A stretch of DNA of 64,000 nucleotides from Spirochaetia bacterium (GTDB lineage: Bacteria; Spirochaetota; Spirochaetia; UBA9216), in NCBI GenBank assembly GCA_963675665.1, contig OY776510.1, forward strand, positions 2,272,001 to 2,336,000, in the 5' to 3' direction. The translations under genes and the position numbers were made by a program. Of the stretch, positions 9,033 to 19,791 are shown one piece after another. The notes below the pieces were generated by a model. That model was not told the origin of the DNA, did no database searches, and worked only from the letters and a program-made list of their open reading frames with translations. Positions within the stretch are counted from its first letter, which is position 1, and every line of letters begins with the position of its first letter.

Positions 9033-10799
9033 ATGAAAAGGCTTTTTATTATTATCATACCGATCCTGTTTCTTTCATGTTCAGGCGGAAGCAAAGATTT
9101 TTCCGTAGTCGACGGGATCCTTGACCTGCGCTCCGGAACTGCCTTTGAAGACGGTTTAATTGAAATCAAGGGTGATTTTGCTTTTTTCTGGAACGAATTT
9201 GCGTCGGAAGAGAATCTTGCCGGGTTGACGGTTGACGCTGCCGATGACTATATGCATGTTCCGGGATACTGGTCTCCTTATGTCCGGGGGTATGGTGCTT
9301 ATTCACTCAGAATACTGCTGCCGGAACAAAGGCCTGATGTCCTTTATTTCAAGCTTACCAATGTTCTTGAAAATTACAGTATGTATGTAAACGGCGAGCC
9401 TGTTTTTCAAATGGGTACGCCCGGAACCAAAAGAGAGTCTTCGGTACGTGAATCGGCGCCCGCTATTATTGTTGTGGACGCCGGCCCTGATATTCTGGAT
9501 ATAGTTTTCCAGGTTTCGGTCTGGAATGATGTTCAGGGCGGTTTATGCAGAAATATTTATATCGGAAACAGAAAGGATGTTGTTTCCGCCCGGGAAAGAG
9601 GCCTGATTCTTGACGCCCTGATCATCGGTGCTGTTTTATTAATAGGTTTGTATCATATCGCTTTGTTTATATTGCAGAGATTTGAGTACCGGTATCTGTC
9701 AATGCTTTTTCTGGGGATGGTGTTTGTTTTAATTGTTCTGTTTATCGGCAGCAAGGATGAGCTGATGTTCAGAACGCTGTTTGAATGTTTTAACGCGTCG
9801 ATCAGATCCAAATTCATATATTCGAGTCTTACGATCTCTGTTCCGTTCTTCTTCTGTTACATATATTTTATTTTTCCGGAGTACATGTCGAAAAAGGTTT
9901 TTTACATCGTTCTGGCGGTGTCTTCCGTTGCATGGATTTTTATACTGAGCTCAGATGCAGCGGTTTATACAAAGCTTTTAATTCCCCTCGAAGTTTTTAA
10001 TCTCGGAACATCGATCTATATAATCTCGAATCTTTTCTACCGTTTTGCAGGTAAAAAGACCCCGATTATTCTGGGTTTTCTCGGAGGTTATATCCTGCTG
10101 GTCTGCGGTGTGGTATTCAGTATGCTCGATAATTTCATGATAGTGCCTGTATGGTCGCCCGGGGTTGTGTTTCTGTTATTCACAGTCTATCAGACCGTGC
10201 TTCAGGCATTCAGTACTTCCGATGCGTACAGGCAGGTTGTCAGACTTAACGATGCATTTATTGAAATGGAAAAAGAAACGGAGAAACTTTATGATCTTTC
10301 CTATGTTGATCAGCTAACATCGCTGGCAAACAGGCGGTTTTTAAATGAATATATGCAGAAGCTGTGGGAACGGAACAGCATGACCGGTACTGAAATAGGC
10401 TTTATTATTGTTGATATTGATTACTTTAAGCGCTATAACGACCGCTATGGGCATCTGGCCGGCGACAACTGTCTGATCAGTGTTGCGGGCTCTCTCCGGG
10501 ACTCAATGAACCGCAAGGGTGATTTTATTGCAAGGTACGGAGGGGAGGAATTCGTTGCAATCATCCCGAATTGTCCCGGTGAAGAACTTCCGATGATTGC
10601 CGAAAGACTTCGGGAGAATGTTGAAAAAATGGAGATAGAGCATCTCGACTCCGACTGTTCGGAATTCGTGACTGTCAGCGCCGGGGTTTCTTCAATAATT
10701 CCCGACAGAAAAGACAGCTGGCTCAGGCTTTTTAAAAAGGCGGACGACGCCCTGTACCAGGCCAAAAAAAGCGGGCGCAACAGAATTGTTTCCGTCTGA
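9033..10799 (+). CDS. 7TM-DISM-type membrane diguanylate cyclase (GGDEF)
   Basis: Extracellular beta-sandwich-like region, about 7 hydrophobic helices, DQLTSLANRR, DIDYFKRYND, RYGGEEF. Confidence 0.9.
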   Translation: MKRLFIIIIPILFLSCSGGSKDFSVVDGILDLRSGTAFEDGLIEIKGDFAFFWNEFASEENLAGLTVDAADDYMHVPGYWSPYVRGYGAYSLRILLPEQRPDVLYFKLTNVLENYSMYVNGEPVFQMGTPGTKRESSVRESAPAIIVVDAGPDILDIVFQVSVWNDVQGGLCRNIYIGNRKDVVSARERGLILDALIIGAVLLIGLYHIALFILQRFEYRYLSMLFLGMVFVLIVLFIGSKDELMFRTLFECFNASIRSKFIYSSLTISVPFFFCYIYFIFPEYMSKKVFYIVLAVSSVAWIFILSSDAAVYTKLLIPLEVFNLGTSIYIISNLFYRFAGKKTPIILGFLGGYILLVCGVVFSMLDNFMIVPVWSPGVVFLLFTVYQTVLQAFSTSDAYRQVVRLNDAFIEMEKETEKLYDLSYVDQLTSLANRRFLNEYMQKLWERNSMTGTEIGFIIVDIDYFKRYNDRYGHLAGDNCLISVAGSLRDSMNRKGDFIARYGGEEFVAIIPNCPGEELPMIAERLRENVEKMEIEHLDSDCSEFVTVSAGVSSIIPDRKDSWLRLFKKADDALYQAKKSGRNRIVSV

Positions 10800-10861
10800 T
10801 ATTTAACATGGACGAAGAACAAGAAATTACCAAAAGATCACAAGAATCTTATTGTTTATTA

Positions 10862-10975
10862 TCGGATATTATGGGAGAATACTTCACCCATCAATGGAAG
10901 TGAGGTGAGAATCCTCCGCGGACCCGCCACTGTAATCGGATGCAGCTGCATCCGAAAGCCAGGTTACATTGATTT
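10862..10975 (+). ncRNA. Cobalamin riboswitch
   Basis: GGAAgtgaGGTGagAaTCC...GCCACTGTAA, then a stem (TCGGATGCA/TGCATCCGA), then AAGCCAGG; lies upstream of the B12 ABC transporter. Boundaries are approximate. Confidence 0.9.
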
Positions 10976-11077
10976 TCGATAATAATTTGCGTTGACTTCG
11001 AGGATTGAGTCGCAATGCCTGATAATCTTCCGTTTACAGGTTAGCCGAGCTCCTCTCTTTGAACAAAGGAAGGATGA

Positions 11078-11926
11078 ATGAAAAAATTAAGTATAACTGT
11101 ACTTATCGTATTAATACTGCCGTTTATGATTGCTGCCGGCGGACAGCAGGATGTTCCTGTAACGGAGGATACTGTTCCTCAGCTGAGAGTAGTATCGCTT
11201 GCGCCCAATATAACCGAAGCCGTATTTGCCCTGGGAAAGGGCGGCTGCCTTGTGGGCCGGACCGATTATTGCGATTATCCGCCTGAAGTATTATCCGTTG
11301 CCTCGGTCGGCTCAATAATGCAGCCTAGCACCGAGACCATAATTGAGCTTGCCCCGGATCTAATTTTCGCGTCCACGCATGCGCCCAAAGATGCCGCGGA
11401 CGTGCTGACGGACGCCGGTCTGGAGGTAAAATACTATTACGGACCTGAAAGTTTTGAGGGTGTGTATGATGTAATTGCCAGTGTAGGCGCTGATCTGGGC
11501 GTATCTGAAGCAGCTGATGCCATGATTGATGATATTAGGCGGCGGTATGAAGAAGTAAAAGCCGTAACCTCCGGCAGTACGGACAGGCCGTCTGTGTATT
11601 ATGTTGTCGGATTCGGAGAAGGCGGAGACTGGACGGCCGGCGGCGATACCTTTATAGGAAAGATGATTGATATAGCCGGCGGGGACAATATTGCAAAAGA
11701 CATAAGCGGCTGGTCGTTCTCTCTTGAAAAAATTGTCGAGGCAGATCCTGATATTATAATTGTTAATTCCATACTGAAAGACGATTTTGTCAGTGCCCCA
11801 ATCTATTCGGAGCTTTCTGCAGCAAAAGCCGGAAATGTAATAGGTGTGGATGAGAATATAATCGCCCGCCAGGGCCCACGGCTTATTGAAGGGCTCGAAT
11901 TTCTTAACGATGTTTTTTCGAAATAG
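11078..11926 (+). CDS. btuF: Cobalamin ABC transporter substrate-binding protein
   Basis: RVVSLAPNITEAVFALG, VGRTDYCDYP, RQGPRL; downstream of the B12 riboswitch. Confidence 0.88.
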   Translation: MKKLSITVLIVLILPFMIAAGGQQDVPVTEDTVPQLRVVSLAPNITEAVFALGKGGCLVGRTDYCDYPPEVLSVASVGSIMQPSTETIIELAPDLIFASTHAPKDAADVLTDAGLEVKYYYGPESFEGVYDVIASVGADLGVSEAADAMIDDIRRRYEEVKAVTSGSTDRPSVYYVVGFGEGGDWTAGGDTFIGKMIDIAGGDNIAKDISGWSFSLEKIVEADPDIIIVNSILKDDFVSAPIYSELSAAKAGNVIGVDENIIARQGPRLIEGLEFLNDVFSK

Positions 11927-12935
11927 GCACACCGTTTCGATCATACTTTTTCCCGCTGTTCCACTGATAATGATCATATCAGCTGCATTTGGTGCAGCTG
12001 ATATAAATTTTGTTACTGTAATAAAGGCTGTTGTTGAATCTCTGGGATTAGCCGATTTCGGGATTAGCGAATCAGTAAAGATAATACTGTTTAAAATCCG
12101 CCTTCCGCGAATCTTTCTTGCGGCTATTGCCGGCGCCGGTCTTGCAACGGCAGGCGCTGTATTTCAGGCAGTGTTCAGAAATCCGCTTGCCGAACCTTAC
12201 CTGCTGGGAATATCTTCAGGAGCATCGCTCGGGGCCACTATAGCCATCGTTTTCGGGGGCGGACTGCTGATCGGCAGTTACGGAAGCATTACCGTTTTTG
12301 CTTTTGCAGGGGCCATCCTGACGCTTTTTCTGGTAGCCTTATTGAGCGGAAAAGGACGGGGCAACCTGGGGCATCTTCTGCTTGCCGGAATTGCGGTCGG
12401 TTATATATTTCAGTCCGTAATCTCGTTTCTGATGATGCTGAATCATGACAAGATGGAACGCATTGTTTTCTGGATGATGGGCAGTTTCACATTTGCCGGC
12501 TGGAACAAGGTCGCAGGTTCGGCAGTTATTGTGACCCTGTGTGTTATAGTAATCAATTTAAACGCATTGAAGCTTAATATTCTTTCGCTCGGAGCTGAAG
12601 AGGCCCATTCGCTGGGAGTCAATCCTGAACGGTCGGGAATGTTTCTGCTTTTATTCAGCTGCATGCTGACTGCATCGGTTGTTGCGGCATCGGGAATTAT
12701 CGGGTTCGCGGGCCTGATTGTGCCGCACCTGATAAGGCTGATAACCGGGGCTGATCACAGAAAACTGCTTCCCGCAGCTGCGGCCGCAGGCGCCTGCCTC
12801 CTGATTCTGGCAGATATTGCCGCCAGGAGCATGATGGCGCCGCAGGAAATACCGGTCGGTGTTATAACGGCTTTTATCGGCGGACCGTTTTTTCTGATAA
12901 TGTTGCGCAGAAGGCGCAGGGAGGCAATCAAGTGA
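11910..12935 (+). CDS. btuC: Cobalamin ABC transporter permease (FecCD family)
   Basis: IRLPR, FRNPLAEPYLLGISSGA, GIIGFAGLIVPH, EIPVGVITAFIGGPFF. Confidence 0.9.
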   Translation: MFFRNRHTVSIILFPAVPLIMIISAAFGAADINFVTVIKAVVESLGLADFGISESVKIILFKIRLPRIFLAAIAGAGLATAGAVFQAVFRNPLAEPYLLGISSGASLGATIAIVFGGGLLIGSYGSITVFAFAGAILTLFLVALLSGKGRGNLGHLLLAGIAVGYIFQSVISFLMMLNHDKMERIVFWMMGSFTFAGWNKVAGSAVIVTLCVIVINLNALKLNILSLGAEEAHSLGVNPERSGMFLLLFSCMLTASVVAASGIIGFAGLIVPHLIRLITGADHRKLLPAAAAAGACLLILADIAARSMMAPQEIPVGVITAFIGGPFFLIMLRRRRREAIK

Positions 12936-13747
12936 CTATCAAACTGACGGCGGCTGAATACAGATACGATCAGGGCTTTCATTTAAAACCCGTGTCGTTT
13001 GAAATAGAGCCCGGTAATTTTATTGTGCTGACAGGCCCTAACGGATCCGGAAAAACAACTCTTTTTTCCTTAATTAACGGGGTGGTCAAGCCTTCTTCCG
13101 GGAGTGTTACAGTAGGAAAGCAGGATGTCTCGGGCATGTCCGCCCGTGCCCGCGCGCGTTTTATGGGAATGGTTCCCCAGGTCAGCCGCATCAATTTCGA
13201 TTATACAGTTGAAGAACTTATTGCAATGGGCCGTTACCCGTACCAGGGGTTTTTCTGCAGTGAGTCCGACGAAGACAGACGGGTTATAGACGAAGTAATT
13301 ACACGCCTGGATTTGTCTGAATTCCGGGAGCGTTCGATCAGCTGTCTCAGCGGCGGCGAATACCAGCGGGTTTTGCTTGCCCGGGTACTTGTGCAGCAGA
13401 CGGATATACTGCTTCTGGACGAGCCTGGCAACCATCTTGATCTTAAACACCAGACAATGCTTCTGAATCTGCTTAAAGAAGAAGTTGGAAACGGAAAAAC
13501 GGTCATAGCGGTTTTACATGATCTTAACCAGGCTCTGCTGTATGCCGATTACGGGGTTCTGCTGGACAGGGGAGAATGCGTGAGATTCGGAAGCCCGTCT
13601 GAAATACTGACGGCGGATATCATACAGGAAGTATTCGGCGTCACTATGAAAGAATACAGGAACGATGAAGGTGCGGTTCTTTTCGCACCCGAAACAGGGG
13701 CAGCTGAATCTGCCGCCGGAATTGTCGACTATAAAATGTCCTGCTGA
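12932..13747 (+). CDS. btuD: Cobalamin ABC transporter ATPase
   Basis: GPNGSGKT, LSGGEYQRV, LLLDEP, VLHDLN. Confidence 0.9.
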   Translation: MTIKLTAAEYRYDQGFHLKPVSFEIEPGNFIVLTGPNGSGKTTLFSLINGVVKPSSGSVTVGKQDVSGMSARARARFMGMVPQVSRINFDYTVEELIAMGRYPYQGFFCSESDEDRRVIDEVITRLDLSEFRERSISCLSGGEYQRVLLARVLVQQTDILLLDEPGNHLDLKHQTMLLNLLKEEVGNGKTVIAVLHDLNQALLYADYGVLLDRGECVRFGSPSEILTADIIQEVFGVTMKEYRNDEGAVLFAPETGAAESAAGIVDYKMSC

Positions 13748-13773
13748 TTTTAATTTAACGGAGCTGATTTCTG

Positions 13774-14481
13774 ATGGATATAAACTGGAGTTGTACCGAC
13801 GCCTGGGTCAGCCTTGTCTTCGACAAGCCTGTTAAAGCGCTGTCTTCGGCTATCCTTGGCGGGGGGCTGGGATGCGTACAAAGTTTTTTAAATATGCGCG
13901 TGGATGAAAATTTTAAAGGGGCCGAAAAAGATTTTCCGCCGCCGCGGCAGACCCTCTCTGAAGTAATACGCAGCATAAATTTACCCGAACCGGCTTCCGG
14001 AATGATGACCGCGGCATCCATGAACAGTTTCAGGTATTCGTTTCGAACCCGGGAAGACATCAGCGTTTTTTGTTTTCTTACCGCCGGGCTGTCGAATGCA
14101 CTTGCGGCCGGTGATGCGGGTGAGTTTCTTCCCGGACAGATGTATTCCGGAAGCGGAAACAGCCGGACGGGCACCATCAATATGGCCGTCGGAACGGATT
14201 GCCCGCTGTCTGATGCCGCGCTGACGGAAGCATTGCTGATAACGACTGAAGCCAAATCTTCGGTACTGTTTGAGCTCGGGGTTAAAAGTATTAATTCGGA
14301 AAGGATAGCAACCGGAACAGGAACCGATTCAGCCTTTATTTTCTGCCGTCAGCCGGAAGCTTCAGGGCCTTTTGAAGAGTTCTGCGGAAAACATACTGTT
14401 CTCGGCGAGATGTTTGCGGCAGTTGTTCGTGAAGCCTTGTTTGATTCGGTTAAAAACGATGCAGTCTTCAGCAGCAGATGA
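13774..14481 (+). CDS. cbiZ: Adenosylcobinamide amidohydrolase
   Basis: LSSAILGGG, GMMTAA, TAGLSNA, GTIN, TEAK, ATGTGTD, GKHT motifs; in the B12 operon. Confidence 0.88.
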   Translation: MDINWSCTDAWVSLVFDKPVKALSSAILGGGLGCVQSFLNMRVDENFKGAEKDFPPPRQTLSEVIRSINLPEPASGMMTAASMNSFRYSFRTREDISVFCFLTAGLSNALAAGDAGEFLPGQMYSGSGNSRTGTINMAVGTDCPLSDAALTEALLITTEAKSSVLFELGVKSINSERIATGTGTDSAFIFCRQPEASGPFEEFCGKHTVLGEMFAAVVREALFDSVKNDAVFSSR

Positions 14482-14488
14482 GGCTGAA

Positions 14489-15493
14489 TCAGAAAAAATC
14501 AGGGTATTCAGCGATTAACGCGTTCTTTTTTGATTCCGCCTGCAGCAGGAAATCCCGGTATTCGGGCGAATCAGGGTTAATCGGTTTGTGGTTAAGATCA
14601 CGCAGTACCGGCAGCCACAACTCAAGGAATTTCAGAAAGCGGCTGTCATAAACACTGTTGATAAATCTTGAAATTATATAGCTTACAGCCTCGGCGGAAG
14701 GATGACATAGATCATCTGCATACCAGCGGTAGTCGCGAAGTTCGTCGAGCATTATTTCAAAGGACGGATAATACCAGGTTCCGGATGTATCTGCCTGTTC
14801 TTTACGGCCGCCGCAGACCTCGGCTGCCGCACAGCGAAGTACTGCTTTGCTCAGGGAATTCTCAGCTGCATCGTCGCGCAGGTGTCTTACAGGCGAAACA
14901 GTAATGATTATCTTCAGGTCCGGGTTGACTTTGCGCAGATTTTCTATTGTCTGCCGAAGAGCTTCGGCAGTTTCTTCTATTCTTAACTGTTCGCGGACAA
15001 ACATCCCGGAGGGCAGTTTGTGGCAATTATTGACTATGGCCGCGTTTTTATTAATTAGCCTGAAAACCTGTGATGTTCCAGGTGTAATTACCGCCGCCTC
15101 TGCATTAAGCAGAAAATTGCGACATTCAGCCAGCTCATCATTCAGACATGCTGCAAGCGCATCGGCCGAACCGGCAGTTTTAAGGCTGTGAAACATGAAG
15201 TGCTTGAATCCGCCCGGTGTGCTGAAACAGTCTTCAGGTTTTACCGGGGGCGTTTCCGAGCTTATCATCCGGGCTGCTTCAGCCAGCGAAACCGGGTTGT
15301 AGATGTTTCCGAAAGGCGACCCGAAAGCTTTAAGCCCGGCAGTTTTAAATTCAGTGTAAAGATATTCGGCAAAGCAGGACCCGAGAAACAGTGTGCCGCG
15401 TCCGGCGAGCTTCCAGGCAGGCGGATGAATCTTGACAGCAGTGATTCTGGAGCTGTAGAAGTTTTCACCGTTGTTATATGAGAGCGAAATCAT
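14489..15493 (-). CDS. GSCFA-domain protein
   Basis: LGSCFA, PFGNIYNP, NNCHKLP, TVSPVRH, YYPSFEIMLDELRDYRWY. Start uncertain. Confidence 0.88.
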   Translation of the reverse strand: MISLSYNNGENFYSSRITAVKIHPPAWKLAGRGTLFLGSCFAEYLYTEFKTAGLKAFGSPFGNIYNPVSLAEAARMISSETPPVKPEDCFSTPGGFKHFMFHSLKTAGSADALAACLNDELAECRNFLLNAEAAVITPGTSQVFRLINKNAAIVNNCHKLPSGMFVREQLRIEETAEALRQTIENLRKVNPDLKIIITVSPVRHLRDDAAENSLSKAVLRCAAAEVCGGRKEQADTSGTWYYPSFEIMLDELRDYRWYADDLCHPSAEAVSYIISRFINSVYDSRFLKFLELWLPVLRDLNHKPINPDSPEYRDFLLQAESKKNALIAEYPDFF

Positions 15494-17888
15494 AATTGAA
15501 TCCTGTTTCCTTTTCATTGCCCTGAACACGGTTTAATTCATAATAATCGGCGCAATTCCCGGTTGCAGGGAGCGAGATGACCTCGTCCGGAAAAACAAAT
15601 CCGAGGCCTCCGGCTGCAGGTTTTTTCCCGTCGTCCGGTTCGGAGAAATCCAGATCTGATACCACAGGCTGAACGACAATGAATTTCTTTCCGCGTGAAT
15701 CGGAGATCAAACCTTCAATCGAGAGCGTTGCCCTGGTGGCAAGAAGAAAGGGTTTTCCGCGGCGGTATAATTCCGCTTTAACCGGCCAGTTCTTAACTGC
15801 AGCTTCGATTGCATCATAATCAAGTTCAAGCCAGATTTGTATTTTTGAAGCGCCCATTGTTTCCAGTTCGCGGGAGGCAAGGCTGTTGGCGGCGGGCAGC
15901 GGAAAGGAGACGGATAATCTGAAGTCTTCAGGAAAAACCCATTCTGCATCCGGCGCAGTGTTTCTGCCGAGCGCTGTTTCAAGCAGTGTAAACTGGTAAA
16001 TCGAGGTAAGCCTGAAGCGGCGTATACCGCGTACGGCTGCGGTCCTGATCATCTCTGCAAGCGCAGCAAGGCGATTTTCGGGACAGAAAAAAGGCAGGAT
16101 CAGCTCACTGATTCCGTCCGGGGAAGAGACGGAACGTGCCGGCCCGTTAATAAAACTGCTGATGTCGAGTACGTTTATTCGTTCTCCGTTAATGCCTTCG
16201 TTTGCTTTATGTCCGGTGCCGGCAAAGACCGCCGGCAGATTGCTCAAACTCAGGGCTTTATTCTTTTCAGCTGAAAAACGGTAAGCCTCGCGATCAGCGA
16301 TAAAAGTATCTTCCCAGCCGTTGAATGCTGATGAGTTCCGGTTTACCAGGGCTTCAGATACAGCCGGCTGGTTTTCAAGCCATTCCCAGAACTCGCGGCG
16401 TATCTTTTTTAATCTTCCTGCAGGCAGAAACAGTCCGTCTCCGGTTTCCGCTTTTATCGGGTCTGCAGCAAGGAGCGTGTTCCTGGTGACCCCGAAGGCC
16501 TCAGTGAGCGTGTCAGGGGCCAGCGGCCTGTTTGCCGCGGGTTCGATGGGTTCGCTGTCGGACCATTCGAGAATGATCCGACTCCCGGTGTTCCCGGGCA
16601 CTTCAGCGGTAACGCGGAGGCCGCCGGCTGAGGCTTTTATACTGAGGCCGATATCAACGGGAGGATCATACAACGGCAGATCCGACGGTCTTTTAACTGT
16701 TTCAGCGCTGCTTTCGCCTATTTTGTATATGATACTGCGTTCGGATACAGGCTTGTCGCAGTGAATAAACACACGGCTGCCTTTTGATGCAGTCTTTACG
16801 GACTGCCTTTCGCGGCTCATTTTTGTTATTGTTATTGACGGGCCTTCGTCTCCGGACCGCGGCTGGATTCTTATCCGGTCGCCGATGTGAAGCCGCTGAC
16901 TTACCGAAGCTTCAAAGCCGTTTTTGGCGGTTTTTTCAACGTTCCCGGCAAGCCTGCCCGAAACGCCTGCGGAACTGAACTGGATAAGGCTCTCCATGTC
17001 TTCGTAGGTTGAAAAACCGTGAGACCATTTGCGTCCGTATGAGCCTGCAAGAACCGCCCGTGCTTCCCTGATAATTACAGGCTTGTCTTCCGCCGGAGCG
17101 TCTATCATCATGCGGTAAGCCGTTACAACGGATTTAACGTAATCCGGCTTTTTCAGACGGCCTTCAATTTTCAGTGAACGAACTCCTACTTCTGCCAGAA
17201 CGTCAAGCATGTCAAGGCTGTAAAAATCCCGGGTTGAAAAGAAAAACCCGCTTTTTCTGTCGCCGTCTTCTTCTCCGTGGAAGCGTCTGCGACAGGGTTG
17301 TTTACACCGTCCCCTGTTTCCGCTCCAGCCTCCAAGCCATGATGAAAACAGGCAGTGTCCGGATATTGAGCAGCATAATGCTCCGTGAATAAACACTTCA
17401 ATCTCTACCGGAAGTCGGCATATGGATTTCAGCTCGTCAATCGTTACCTGGCGTTCAAGGATTACCCGCTCTATTCCCATTGACGCGGCTGTTTCAACTC
17501 CTGCGCTGTTGTGAATTCCCATCTGGGTGGATGCATGAATTGTCAAAGCAGGGAAATATTCTCTCAGAAAGCGAACCACTCCTATGTCCTGAACTATAAC
17601 GGCGTCGGGTTTCAGCGAGGAGATTTGTTCGACTGTTCTGCCGAAGTCTTCGAGTTCCTGTTCTTTAACAAGGGTGTTCAGTGTAAGGTAAAGCCGTTTG
17701 CCGGTTTTTTTTGTAAACGCTGAAAGCCGGGACATATCGTCCCAGCTGAAGTTTTCGCCCATCTCGCGGGCGTTAAAACGGCTGACTCCGGCATATACAG
17801 CGTCGGCGCCGCTTTGCAGGGCGGCAAGCGCACAGTTAAGGTTTCCGGCCGGAGCAAGCAGTTCTGGTTTGTCGGTTGTATTCTTCAT
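15474..17888 (-). CDS. Peptidase U32 family protein (RlhA-like RNA hydroxylation family)
   Basis: PELLAPAG, GADAVY, HASTQ, HGALCCSISGHC, NRGRCKQPCR, SLKIEGR. Confidence 0.9.
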   Translation of the reverse strand: MKNTTDKPELLAPAGNLNCALAALQSGADAVYAGVSRFNAREMGENFSWDDMSRLSAFTKKTGKRLYLTLNTLVKEQELEDFGRTVEQISSLKPDAVIVQDIGVVRFLREYFPALTIHASTQMGIHNSAGVETAASMGIERVILERQVTIDELKSICRLPVEIEVFIHGALCCSISGHCLFSSWLGGWSGNRGRCKQPCRRRFHGEEDGDRKSGFFFSTRDFYSLDMLDVLAEVGVRSLKIEGRLKKPDYVKSVVTAYRMMIDAPAEDKPVIIREARAVLAGSYGRKWSHGFSTYEDMESLIQFSSAGVSGRLAGNVEKTAKNGFEASVSQRLHIGDRIRIQPRSGDEGPSITITKMSRERQSVKTASKGSRVFIHCDKPVSERSIIYKIGESSAETVKRPSDLPLYDPPVDIGLSIKASAGGLRVTAEVPGNTGSRIILEWSDSEPIEPAANRPLAPDTLTEAFGVTRNTLLAADPIKAETGDGLFLPAGRLKKIRREFWEWLENQPAVSEALVNRNSSAFNGWEDTFIADREAYRFSAEKNKALSLSNLPAVFAGTGHKANEGINGERINVLDISSFINGPARSVSSPDGISELILPFFCPENRLAALAEMIRTAAVRGIRRFRLTSIYQFTLLETALGRNTAPDAEWVFPEDFRLSVSFPLPAANSLASRELETMGASKIQIWLELDYDAIEAAVKNWPVKAELYRRGKPFLLATRATLSIEGLISDSRGKKFIVVQPVVSDLDFSEPDDGKKPAAGGLGFVFPDEVISLPATGNCADYYELNRVQGNEKETGFNYDFALI

Positions 17889-17897
17889 TCATTTTCA

Positions 17898-18899
17898 TCA
17901 TACCCGTCCTTTCGGCAGTATGGCAAGGGTCCTTTTTACAAGGTTCCAGCCGCTGAGGCCGAGCAGAAGAATCAGAACGCCGGTATAGATTTTAACAGCC
18001 ATAGACGCCAGTTCTTCAATCCCCGCAATACTGAAAGAGTCGAGTATAAAGAAAGTCTCCGCCCCTCTTGAAAGCAGAAGGATCAGTATCCCGATATCAA
18101 ACACGGACAGGCCTATCTGGGATATCTGGTAATAGTAGTTCTGTTTACCCGCGGACACGGCATCTGCCCCCGCAATAAACGGCAGTACCACAACAGCGCC
18201 TACGGCTATTCTGACGCTGAACATCGGAAGCAGGCTTTTAATCTGATCGGTCAGTACCGGTGTAAAAGTAAAACCTTCATCATGAAAATTGTAAATTCCA
18301 ACCTTGTCTATAAAAAGGTTGAGAACGATTATTAATATCACCGAGAATATCAGACCTGCGACAATTTCAGCTTTTGAAGGTATCTTTTCATGGGTTTCGG
18401 GCAGATCGGAAATCTTCCAGCTGTCATCGTTAAAATCAAGTTCTGATTTGTTTTTAATGGCGCGTTCAAGAATAACAAAAATTATAAAGATTGTTCCCAC
18501 TGCCCCGGTCAGCGAGCTGAAAAGTTCAAGAAAGTACAAACCGGCTTCCGCCGCCGACATTCCTGAAATTGTCAGCGCAAAATTTATTACCGATACGATT
18601 GTTGTTACAAGGCAGACTACAAGAAGGACAATTTTGAATATCGGCATCAGTTCGGGGCCTATAAGAGGTTTGTCTTCCCTGTATTTTGCCGCCAGTCCGG
18701 AGGGTTTGCCAAGCTCTGTGAGGACGCTTTCCATTCTTTTTGAATCTACATCGGTCTGGCTGTACCGTTCTTCGCATATATCAAGCGCCAGGGATTCAAT
18801 TTCCCTGGAAATATCGGCTCTTTTTGAAAGCGGCAGGTGCCGTTCAACTGCCTTCAGATATCGCTGAAGCAGCTCTTTAGCGGTGTTTTCGATATTCAT
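17898..18899 (-). CDS. PadR-associated membrane protein (HAAS-like N-terminus)
   Basis: RYLKAVERHLP...VLTELGKPSGLAAKY N-terminus plus several TM helices; overlaps the padR stop. Confidence 0.7.
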   Translation of the reverse strand: MNIENTAKELLQRYLKAVERHLPLSKRADISREIESLALDICEERYSQTDVDSKRMESVLTELGKPSGLAAKYREDKPLIGPELMPIFKIVLLVVCLVTTIVSVINFALTISGMSAAEAGLYFLELFSSLTGAVGTIFIIFVILERAIKNKSELDFNDDSWKISDLPETHEKIPSKAEIVAGLIFSVILIIVLNLFIDKVGIYNFHDEGFTFTPVLTDQIKSLLPMFSVRIAVGAVVVLPFIAGADAVSAGKQNYYYQISQIGLSVFDIGILILLLSRGAETFFILDSFSIAGIEELASMAVKIYTGVLILLLGLSGWNLVKRTLAILPKGRV

Positions 18900-19234
18900 T
18901 TAATTACCTCCCTGAGTCTTTCAGACTGGTTTTTCCATTCTTTTGCGAGATTCTCAAGCATCGTTCTGCCGTCTTCGTTAATGGTGTAATATTTTCTGGG
19001 CCTGGTTTCATCCACAACCCATTCGCTGTCGATTAACTGCTGTTCATCCAGTCTTCGAAGCAGCGGGTACAAAGTATCCTGGGAAAGACCGAAACCCAGA
19101 CTGTTCATCTGTTTCAACAGTTCGTATCCGTACTTTTTTTCCGGCAGCATTGCAAGGACGGCAAGAACAAGGTTTCCCCGTCTCATCTCCTGCACAGAAC
19201 GTTTTAAAAGCTTTTTATGTTCTTCACTTGTCAT
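18896..19234 (-). CDS. PadR-family regulator
   Basis: EMRRGNLVLAVL, YGYEL, TLYPLLRRL, RPRKYY. The start is probably ATG 19234. Confidence 0.92.
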   Translation of the reverse strand: MTSEEHKKLLKRSVQEMRRGNLVLAVLAMLPEKKYGYELLKQMNSLGFGLSQDTLYPLLRRLDEQQLIDSEWVVDETRPRKYYTINEDGRTMLENLAKEWKNQSERLREVIK

Positions 19235-19240
19235 ATTTAT

Positions 19241-19270
19241 ACAATACTGTGTAATGCACACTATTGTCAA
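19241..19270 (-). promoter_or_regulatory. Sigma70 promoter with overlapping inverted repeat (putative PadR operator)
   Basis: TTGACA-N18-TATTGT ending 6 nt before the ATG; imperfect inverted repeat ACAATA..TATTGT spans it. Confidence 0.55.
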
Positions 19271-19380
19271 GTAAAAATAGTGTTAAACCGCATTGTTGTT
19301 TATAGATCAGCTAACTTACTGTACTGTTCAAACTTCAGAACATGCTGTAGAATATTAAAACGTTTTAAATAGGAGGAAGT

Positions 19381-19791
19381 ATGTACCAGACGTATAATCT
19401 TTCACATGCCGAAGCGGCAGAGATAATTGATGTAATCAGGAAAAAGGTTGAAGAATACGGAGAGGGGGCTTCTGTTGCTGTTGTAGATTCTCACGGAGAA
19501 CTGCTTGCTTTTCTGCGGACCGATAATTGCCGTGTTTCGGTGATAAATATTGCTATTAATAAGGCATTTTCGGCGGCAAGGGAACGTACCGAGTCGGGAA
19601 ATATAGGGAAAGCGGCCCGTGAGTATAATTTTCCTATCACAAACTTCGGCAGTCTGCATTATACGGGATGGGACGGAGGATTTCCGGTTATTTACAACGG
19701 ACAGGTTATCGGCGGAGTAGGGGTAAGCGGCCTTCCCGATGAAGTTGATGTGGAGTTTGCAAAGGCAGGCGCGGCGTTATTCAGTAATTAA
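19381..19791 (+). CDS. GlcG/HbpS-family heme-binding protein
   Basis: VAVVDSHG, IAINKAFSA, GGFP, IGGVGVSG...D. Confidence 0.9.
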   Translation: MYQTYNLSHAEAAEIIDVIRKKVEEYGEGASVAVVDSHGELLAFLRTDNCRVSVINIAINKAFSAARERTESGNIGKAAREYNFPITNFGSLHYTGWDGGFPVIYNGQVIGGVGVSGLPDEVDVEFAKAGAALFSN